From an uncultured bacterium (GTDB lineage: Bacteria > UBA8481): 21,226 nt of DNA. Numbering within the stretch: position 1 is the first letter of the stretch; every line of letters begins with the position of its first letter. The notes under the pieces are model-generated. The model did not search any database. It was not told the origin of the DNA and worked only from the letters and a program-made list of their open reading frames with translations. The position numbers and the translations under genes are program-made. Below, piece after piece: positions 1 through 9,800 of the stretch. The stretch is from NCBI GenBank assembly GCA_964499705.1, contig CAZCME010000009.1, forward strand, positions 126,001 to 147,226. The letters are read 5' to 3'.

Positions 1-1
1 C

Positions 2-784
2 GGCGGGATGCTCGACGAGAAAGGCATCACCAGCCCGCCGGATCGAGCGGCGCTACTCGAGAAGATGCGCGACTCGATGGCGCTTGAACTTCTCGCGCAG
101 TATGACACGTTCGCCGCCGCGACCGAGGCGTCGCTCTCGCCGAAGCTCTCCATCTTCATTCCGCCGGTCTCATCGATGCTCCAGTCGGAACGCGCGCCGC
201 TCGCGGAGTTCCTCGAGATCGACCCCGCGATCGTTCTGTGGGCCGCGCGGTATCCGCGCGGGGAAGAGCCCCCGGCAACGCGGATGATCGTCGCGCGTGC
301 CCGAGCGAAGGCCGCCGACGCTTACGCCGCGCTTTCGTTCGCCGATAAGCTCCGCCTCGCCACGCCGAAGGGCGATGCCGCGATCCGGAAGGTTGTCTCG
401 AACGAAGTCGGAGGCCTCGCGTCGAATCTCGGCGCGGGAATCTTTGCGCAGTACGAATCGTATCTCATCCGGATCAACAGGATGCTGGACGAAGAAGGAG
501 TCGCGGACACCGCCGTGCGGAAGATGATCCTCGGGCCGCGCGCGCGCGACATTTCGGACTCGATGCTCGCGCAGTTCGATCGATTCGCGGCGAAGACGCT
601 CGCGTCGTTCAAGGGCACGACGCCCGTCATCGAGACCGCCGCGAAGGAGACGCTTGCCGAGGAACGTGCCGCCCTTGTCGAGAAGCTGGAGATCAGCCCC
701 GGCGCCTACCGGTGGCCCAACGCGCGGCGCGACGCAACCACAGGCGCGACGGTGCCCGTCGCCTCGGGTGGCTCCGCGCGATGA
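2..784 (+). CDS. Hypothetical alpha-helical protein, probably 5'-truncated by the window; paralog of 18798..19934
   Basis: Frame open from base 2, so ATG at 8 is probably internal. Two internal copies of a helical unit (MLDEKGITSPPDR...ERAPLAEFLEIDP; MLDEEGVADTAVR...ERAALVEKLEISP). Aligns without gaps to the 18798..19934 product. Stop TGA 782-784 overlaps ATG 781. Confidence 0.85.
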   Translation, partial: GGMLDEKGITSPPDRAALLEKMRDSMALELLAQYDTFAAATEASLSPKLSIFIPPVSSMLQSERAPLAEFLEIDPAIVLWAARYPRGEEPPATRMIVARARAKAADAYAALSFADKLRLATPKGDAAIRKVVSNEVGGLASNLGAGIFAQYESYLIRINRMLDEEGVADTAVRKMILGPRARDISDSMLAQFDRFAAKTLASFKGTTPVIETAAKETLAEERAALVEKLEISPGAYRWPNARRDATTGATVPVASGGSAR

Positions 785-840
785 TCCGCCGCCTTCTCGT
801 TCCCGCGCTCATTCTCGCGATGGCGATCTCGTCGCACGCC
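781..840 (+). other. Sec/SPI signal peptide of the giant protein
   Basis: Basic n-region (MIRR), hydrophobic core (LLVPALILAMAI), probable cleavage after S-H-A; no lipobox Cys. Confidence 0.85.
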
Positions 841-3800
841 GCGACGATCAGCGACCAGACCTCGACGACGCTCTCGGACGGAACGATCGCGTGTCTCTTC
901 AAGATCACCGATTACGACGCCGCGCGCGACGGCAACCTCTACATGGTCATCACATCGGGAACGACGCGCACCGTCTACAAGCCCGCTGACAATCCGACCG
1001 GCGATGCGAAGTGGAGCGGGTATCAGGGAGTTGTCCTCGCGAGCGGTACGACGATCACGAAGGCGGAGGTCGTGATTCTCGGGACGGCCGTGCCGACGAC
1101 GATGACTGTCGTCGACCGAGCGTTCGGACCCGTCACCCTGAAGCTCGACGTCGCGGGCGACGCGACGGCCGGCTACACTCTGACGCAGAAGGTCACGATC
1201 GCCGACGTCGGATCGTTCGACGCAGCGGGCTCGTGGAATCCGTCTAAGCCCGATGACCCGATCATGATCGAATCGACCAACGTCTACAAGACGCTCCTCG
1301 GAAATCTCCTCTCGGGGTCTTACGCGACCGACGCCTTCTCGATCGGCGACAAGATCACCGCCACCGTGACTCTGCCGCCGGAATGGATCGCGCAGCTCAA
1401 GAAGGGTGTCAGGATGCAGGACGATCTTGCGGCCTTCTCGACCGGCAACTTCAAGATCTCGATCTCGATTCCGTTCACCCTGAAGATCGATCCCACCAAG
1501 CCCGCCTTCGAGATGATCGCGACCATCGATCCGATCGGAAAGACGGCGACTCTCGCGCTCAAGTCCGGGCAGACCTGGTCACAGCCGCTCAATATTCTTC
1601 CGGCGACGCTATCGTCGATGACTATGACGACCGACGCGGCCTTTGCGCGACTGAACGCGAAGGCAGAGGGCGAGATCGACCTCTTCGGCAAGTTCCCGGC
1701 GAGCGTCGAGATCGTCACGTTGAAGGGCATGAAGCCAGACGTGAAGGTTTCGATGAAGCCGGACGTGAAGATCATCATCGGCGCGCTGAAGTCGCTCAAT
1801 ATCCCGATGGAGCTGGAGAGAATTTACCTTCCGATCCTCGAGAAGATCTCGCTCGGGTCGTTCGAGCTGGGCGATATCGGAAATCTCTCGCTCGGGAAGC
1901 TCCCGACCGCGAACCTCGACTTCACGATCGAGCTTCCGAACTGGAAGCACGACTTCAAGGTTTCGATCCCCGACTTCGACATCAACAAGCCCGACATCTT
2001 CGCCCTGAAGCTAGGCGAGGTCGTGTTCCCGGTCCTGAAGGCGGACTTCGACCTGATCCTCGCGGGGCTCGCCGTCGACATGATCGGCATCGGCTCGTGG
2101 ACGCTCGCGGACATCGACCTCGACGTCGTCGATCTCAAGCTGACGGCCGCAGGCGATCCGACCGCCGGATACGATCTCGCCACCGCGCTCACCGTGAAGG
2201 ACATCGGGACGATGAACGCGACCGGCAAGTGGCTCCCGTCGGCGCCGCTCAATCCGATCACGTTCAAGGTCGATAACATCTTCAAGTCGGCGATGGAAGG
2301 GCTTCTCCAGTCCGCCTATCCGGGCGACGCCTTCTCGATGAACGCGCAGGTCGACGTGACGGTCGGTCTCGCTCAGGAGTGGATCGACCGCCTGAAGAGC
2401 GCCACACCGGACAAGACGCCGTTGAAGTCCGGCGCGTACACCGTCGAGATAAGCCTGCCGTTTACTCTGAAGGTCGACCCGACCAAGCCCGCCTTCAACA
2501 TGATCGCGAAGATTGATCCGATCAAGCAGACCGTCGCGATGGGGCTTGCCCCCGGCCAGCAGTGGGTCGATCCGCTCGGGTTCCTCCCGATCACGTTCGA
2601 CAAGATCGACGCGACATCGGACTTCAAGTTCGAGCGGTTCGCGGTCGCGGCGAAATCGAACGTCACCTTCTTCGGCCAGATCCCGGTCGAGGTCTCCGCC
2701 ATCACGCTGAAGGGGATGAAGCCGGACTTCAAGGTTTCGATCAAGCCCGATGTGAAGATCCTCATCGGCGCGCTGAAGAGCCTGAAGATTCCGATCGAGC
2801 TGGAGAAGATCTACCTCCCGATCCTCGATAAGATCTCGCTCGGGTCGTTCGATCTGGGCGACATCTCCTTCGACGGAAAGCTCCCGACGGCGAATCTCGA
2901 CTTCTCGATCGCGCTCCCGAACTGGAACCACGATTTCAAGATCTCGATCCCCGACTTCGACCTCACGAAACCCGACCTCTTCGCGCTGAAGCTGGGCGAA
3001 GTCGTCTTCCCGGTCTTGAAGGCGGACTTCGACGTGATCCTCGCCGGGCTCGCCGTCGACTTTCTCGGCGTCGGCGCCTGGACTCTCGCGGACGTGGACC
3101 TCGACGTCATTCACATCACAGTCGGAGCGGCCGGGAATCCAACGGACGGGTACGATCTCTCGTCGACGATGACGTTGAAGGACATCGGGACGATGAGCGC
3201 GATCGGAAAGTGGCTCCCGTCCGAGCCGCTCGCGCCGGTCACGTTCAAGGTCGACAACATCTTCAAGTCGGCGATGGAAGGGCTTCTCCAGTCCGCCTAT
3301 CCGGGCGACGCCTTCTCGATGAACGCGCAGGTCGACGTGACGGTCGGTCTCGCGCAGGAGTGGATCGACCGCCTGAAGAGCGCCAAGCCCGACACGACTC
3401 CGTTGAAGACCGGAGCGTACACCGTCGAAGTTACTCTGCCTTTCACACTGAAGGTCGACCCTACGAAGACCGCCTTCAATATGGTCGCGAAGATCGATCC
3501 GATCAAGAAGACCGTCTCGATGGGGCTTGCCTCCGGCCAGCAATGGGCCACACCGCTCGGCTTCCTCCCGATCACGTTCGACAAGATCGACGCGACGTCG
3601 GACTTCAACTTCGAGAAGTTCGCCGTCTCGGCGAAGTCGAACATCTCCTTCTTCGGCGACATCCCGATCGAGCTTTCCGCGATCACGCTGAAAGGGATGA
3701 AGCCGGACTTCAAGGTCTCGATCAAACCCGATGTGCAGTTCCTCATCGGCGCCATCAAGTCGATCAACTTCCCACTCAATCTCCAGGATCTCGTCCTACC

Positions 3801-6800
3801 GGTCCTCGAAGGAATCTCCTTCGGCTCGTTCGAACTCGACAAGATCGACTTCGACGGCAAGCTCCCGACGCTGAACCTAAACTTCTCGATTGCGCTCCCG
3901 AACTGGCGTCACGACTTCAAGATCTCGATGCCCGACTTCGACATCGGAAAGCCCGACCTCTTCGCGACTCGGCTCGGCGAGATCGTTCTTCCCGTTCTGA
4001 CAATCAATCTCGACAAGATCACGGCCGGGCTGATGTTCAAGGGCATCTCCGGCTCGTGGACGTTTGTGGACATGGATCTCGGTATCGGAAAGCTCTACCT
4101 CGGCGCGGCGGGCGACGCGACGAAGGGATACGACATGAAGGGCATCGCGTCGCTCATTGATGTCGGCGCGTTGAAAGTCGACGGGTTCTGGACTCCGGCC
4201 GCGCCGCTCGACCCGATCACGTTCACGACAAAGAACATCTTCAAGACCTGGTACGAGAATTCGCTCGGCGGGATGGTGCCGAAGGAGTGGTTCACGCTCG
4301 GCGAGGATATCACCGCGAAGGTCGGGCTCGCGCCGGAGTGGGTCGAGCGATTGAAGCAGGCGAAGCCGGACACGACGCCGTTTACATCAGGCAAGACTAC
4401 GATCGACGTCTCCCTTCCATTCACGCTGAAGTTCGATCCGCAGAAACCCGCCTTCCGGATGACGGCGACGTACAAGGTCATCGAGAAGACGACGACAATC
4501 GCGATGGATCCCGGCCAGAAGTGGGAGAAGCCGCTCGACATTCTCCCGATCACGTTCGACAAGATCACGATCGGCGCGGACGCCTCGTTCACGACGCTCA
4601 CGGTGAACGCGTCCACGAAGCTCGACTTCCTCGTTCCGTGCAGCGCCGATCTGACGCTCGTGACGTCCAAGGGCAAGGATCCGGCGTACTCGGTCTTCCT
4701 GAGGCCCGACGCCGGAACGAACATCGTCAAGGCGATCCTCGACGGCCGCGTCCCTGCCGGGCTCTCAGGCATGGTGAATGGACTCCTGCCGGGAACCGTC
4801 ATCGAGGAGATCGCTGTCGTGATGGACGCGAAGAAGAAGAAGCCCGACGTCCGGATGAAATTCACGATGACGAAGGGCTCGCTCTCGCAGAAGTTCGATA
4901 TTCTCGTGACCGAAGCCGATCTCGGGAACCCGGCCGACTTCTCCGCGAAGGCCGCGCCGCAGATCCTCGATCAGCTGACGAATGGCACGATCGGCAAGGC
5001 GACGACGGAACTGCTCGAGTCGCTCGGCCTCGGCCCGATCGACTGGACAATCCTCGACGTCAATGTTCTCAACCAGCTCATTCTGATGGTGAACGTCAAG
5101 GGCGCCCCAAGCACCGGTTACACGATGACCGCCGACATGAAGGCGCTCATCTTCGAAAAGTTCACGATGACGGGAAAGTGGGATCCGGCGAAGCCGACCG
5201 ATCCGATCAAGTTCACCGCGGACAAGAACGTCTTCAAGCCGAGCTTCGACGCGACGATCGGCAAGCTGATGCCGGAAGGGTCGATGGTGCTGAAGAACGA
5301 GCTATACGCCATCGTCACATTCCCCTCGGCGGTCACGGATGCGCTGAAGTCGAACGGCGCCGGCGGAAAGTCCACAAGCGCCGACGGTCTCGACGTCGAG
5401 ATCGGCTTCCCGATGGAACTGAAGATCGATCCGACGAAGACAACAATGTTCAACATGATCGGGAGCATCTATCCGACGCGCGGCCAGGTCGGTCTCGCGC
5501 TCGCGCCGGGCCAGACGTGGGAAAAGCCCTTCGGCTTCGTGCCCGCGACATTCAACACGCTGAACGTCGCGACGGATCCGAGCTTCACGCAGGTGACGGT
5601 CCACGCCGACGGCACGACCGACTTCTTCGAAGGATCGACGCTCGAATTCCAAATCGACCTTCTTATGGTCCAGGGGCAGAAGCCGGATCTGAAGATCCAG
5701 ACGAAACCTTCGGCCGATCTCATCGCGGCGATCGTCAAACGCGCGAAGGTGCCCGAGGCTCTGGCGGCCTCTCTGCCGTCGGTGACGATCAAGAAGTTCA
5801 AGATCGCGGCGGATTACTCCGCGATGGCGGGCGGCAATGACGGCGGCGCGACCTGCGAGCTGATTCTGAATGTCGATCATGACCTGACCGGTTACATCGA
5901 CATCGAGATCAGCGTCCCGGCCGTGAACCTGACCGATCCCGCGAACTTCGTCGAGATCGTCGCCAAGGAACTCTCGAAGAAGCTGGGAGACGCGGCGAAT
6001 ATCGTCGGCCAGCTCACGCAGAACCTTGGCAAGAAGCTCGGTGATGCCGGGAGCGATCCGCTCGGCACCGCGGAGAAGGCCGCGGATGACGCCGCCAAGA
6101 AAGGCGAGGCACTCGGCACCGAAGCCTACGAGTATATGAAGAATCCGAAGAAGGCCGTGAACCAGCTCGTGGATCTCGGAGAAGACCTCGCAAACAAATT
6201 GTATGACGAGGCGAGCAAGTGGGCGAAGGATCCGATCGGCGAGGCGAGGAAGAAGGCCGAGCAGGCGGTCGCCGCCGCGAAGGCTGTCGTCGAGGGCGCG
6301 CTAAACCTCCTTTCGGATGCCGCGGATTTTCTTTCGGATCTCCTCAGCGACATCTGGGGCGCGATCACGGGCGAGTCCGAGCGGAAAGCCCGGGCGAAGA
6401 AGGCGGATGCCGAAGCAAAGGTCGAAGAGGCGCGGCGTGCGTTGAAAGAGGCCGAGGATCTTGAGCTGGAGGCGATCGAGTTGGTGCGGTATCGCGAGCA
6501 GTTCAAGCAGGCGGTCACGCTACAGCACTGCGAGGACATCATCAGTTCGGTGAAGGTGAACAAGGCCTGCGTCATCGAGGGCGGCGGCATGAAGATTCTC
6601 CGCGCGGCGTCGAACGCGTTCATCAAGGATATCGACGCGAAGAAGTCGAAGATCCGCGAGATCTTCTACGAAGATCTCATCAACGACGGCACAATCATGA
6701 ATCTCGGTTACAAGAAGAACGGCGACGTCTATATGTCGAACACGATGACGAAGGCCGGGATGGAGGAGCTGAAGACGTGGATCGACGGCGATACGCTCTT

Positions 6801-9800
6801 GAACAGCGCGTCGAAGACAAGCCTGAAGGCGCTCATCGACAAAAAGCTCACGCCACCTGCGATCGACCGCGACACCGCGATGGCCTGGATCCGCTATCTT
6901 GCGCTACACGAGAATGACAGGATCCTGACGGCGCTGAAGAAGCACATCAACGGCGAGTATGTCGACAACTACGTGCTCTTCCCGAACGTCTCCAACCTCT
7001 CGTCCGGCGACAAGACGACGCTCCAGGGCGAACTCGACATCGCGATCGCCGCCTACATCGCGAAGAAGAGCGAGCGCGAGTATGCGCTCTTCATCGACAT
7101 GATCGAGAACGCGAAGACCGACGCCGAGCTGGTCGGGTACAAGGCGTGGATCCGAAGCATGGACGTGCTGAGCAAGGCGCCCGTCAGCGATCTCGAATAT
7201 CTCTCCGTCACGCAGGTCGAAGATCTCCGCAATCGCATTGATGCGCGTCGCAAGAATATCGGCGTCGAGGGCGGAACGGCGACGGTCCGCGCGATCAAGT
7301 CGGTCATCGCGCGCCAGCTCGGGCAGGCGAACGTCCTCTCCTATGATCTCGTCTCGTATCTCGCCCAGATGGGGAAGATGATCGACCAGTCGTTCACGGC
7401 CACGGATGGGCGCACGAAAGAGACCAGGATGACGGCGGACGGCTCGGCCGAGCATTTCCGCTTCAAGGACATCTGGGCGCCGTTGAAGTTCGAGATGGAG
7501 ATCCGGTCGGATCTTTTCCGACTTGGTCAGGTCGACGACACCGCGGTCAAGGCGTTGACGGCCGACCATCGAAAGACGGTCATCACCGCCGTCGAGGCGG
7601 CTATCGCCAAGCTCATCGCGCTCGACAGCCTCTACGACACCTACGCGGAGTGGTCGACCGCCATGACAGCCTATGTCGCGTCGTCATCCCGCGACGATGT
7701 GTACGCGGAACTCGACGAGCGGATCAGCCGAATTGCGACGGTCGAGGACGCCGAGAGGGCTCTCAACCACCTGACGGACGAGGCGCGGGCCTTCAAGTGG
7801 CCGGACATCCGGAAGCTGAGCGCCGGCGATACGTCGACGCTGATCGCGAAGATCGAGGCGAAGCTCGACGGGTATCGACAGACGGCCTTCACTACTGCGA
7901 AGAGCTGGATCGAGAACTCCTTCGAGAATCCCGAGTGGCTCTTCAAGGCCGACAAGTACCTCAAGGGCGTCCTTCATCTTCACGAAGTGAAGCCCATGCC
8001 GGACCTCTCGTTCCTGAAGCGCGCGCAGGTCCGCGATCTTCAGAAGTTGGTCGCCGAAAAGCTGAAGCCCTACGCCCAGATGCAGAATATCCGAGACTAC
8101 ATGAACAACCCCGCGCGGACGGGCGCTCAGCTTAAATTGCTCGAGGATCTCCTCGGCGGCTTTACGAACACCGGCCTACCCGAAGAACTCGGCACCGTGG
8201 CGACAATGACCACCGAACAGACGGCGACACTAAAGGCCGAACTCAAGATCGTGCGCGAGCCGTTCACATCGATCGACTATGTCCGGTGGTACATCGGCAA
8301 GGAGTCGAACGTCCTCTTCCTGAAGTGGATGCAGGAGTCGCTCTTGGGAACAGCAAAGCATGACTGGGGCGGAAATATGTATGTTGAGAAGATCCCCTCG
8401 GGAACGCTCGCCACACTGCAGAACGACGTCGCCGCGAAGATCGCGGAGATCGAGGCGCAGGCGGTAAACGGTCTCGCGACGATCAAGAAGCAGATCGCCG
8501 ACGCTCCGACTCTGAAGGAACTCAAGGCGTGGAGCAGTTACATCGTTTCGACACCTCGCGGCCCGAAGCCGCGAGAGGATGCGCCGGATATCGCGAACAT
8601 CTCCGCCGACGACTTGACGAATGTCTACTGGTACGACATTGGGCCTCTGGAAAAGGACGCGGTGAAGCTGACCGCTCAGCTGGAGAAAGTCTCGACCGAG
8701 ACGGAAGCGGCGACGCTCATCGCGGACATCGCGAAGTCGACTCTAGGAACCGCGTTCAAGGCATCGCTCACGGCCGACGCCGAGAAGATGCGCACGGCCT
8801 ACAAGACCGGCGGCTCGGAGACGATGCTGAAGTTCAAAAAATGGGTCACGGAATTCGCGGGACCAAGTATCGAGCCGCTGAGGATCTTCTGCTTCTTCTT
8901 GCGTGAGCCCTACGGCAGCTATAACAACCAGCCCCCGTCAGGACAGGATTGGATGGGATCGCTCGTCGGGTCGCTCCGCGAGGGCGAAAAGAGCGCGCTC
9001 TACAAGGCGGTGGAGTTGCAGGCCGAGCGCAACGCGTTGAAGAACGCGACGACCGTCGCGGAGTGCGAGGCAATTCTTGCGGAGTATACGTCGTCCAGCG
9101 CGGCCTCCAAAGTCGTGGTGTGGGACTACTCGGGCGTGGAAGAGGCGAAGGCCGAGATCAACGCGAAGATCACTGCGCTCAAGGCCGCCGCCGCCGCCGC
9201 CGCCGCCGCGGAAAAGCCGAATGCGCTTAAGCGGATCAGGGATTGGACTGCAAGCGCCACGGACAGGGATCTGCTCGACAAGGCCGCGCGATTCGTCTTC
9301 AACTACCGCCAGCTGGCGCCACCGGCCGGGATCACATGGATTGATACGGATGTGGGCCTCCAGACGAGCGCTGATCGGACGATTCTCTTCAACGAAATGG
9401 AACTTCGACAATCCGTGCTCTATGTGCGTGAGAAGGCGGCGCCGCTCACCACGGTCGCGGATCTCGAAGCGCTCCGCAAGGACGTCAGCGGGTACAATTA
9501 TGGCGACACGGTCAAGGCGGTTCTCTACAAGGAGATCGATCCGAAGATCGCGAGCCTGAAGGAGGCCGCGGCGACCGCGGCCGCCGCATCTCAGGCGATT
9601 CTGACGAAGGGCCGCGACTGGCTCGCCACAGTGACGGATAAGGAGAAGGCCTTCGACCTCTATCGGTATATCCACAATTATCCATCGACCTCGTACGCGC
9701 CTCCGGCGGGCATGGAGTGGCTGAATGCCGAGATTGTCGCCCTGAATGCTGATGATCGCGCCAGCCTGAAGAACGATGCCGCCGCAACCGGCAATTTAAT

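Noticed and set aside
712-780. GTG start at 712 for the giant ORF (6029 aa)
   Set aside because: Overlaps the upstream CDS by 73 nt and adds an Arg-rich extension before a clean signal peptide; ATG 781 with ATGA coupling fits better.
2275-3353. Near-identical repeats as a DGR template/variable pair or CRISPR
   Set aside because: Both copies are in-frame coding modules, the flanking differences are mostly at third codon positions rather than adenine-specific, and no reverse transcriptase, cas gene or spacer array is present.
2011-3543. 510-aa antisense ORF with internal repeat (likewise 11842..13377 on - and 4287..5840 on +)
   Set aside because: Shadow frames of a high-GC, codon-biased gene; R/D/E/V-rich composition, and their repeats simply mirror the real modules.
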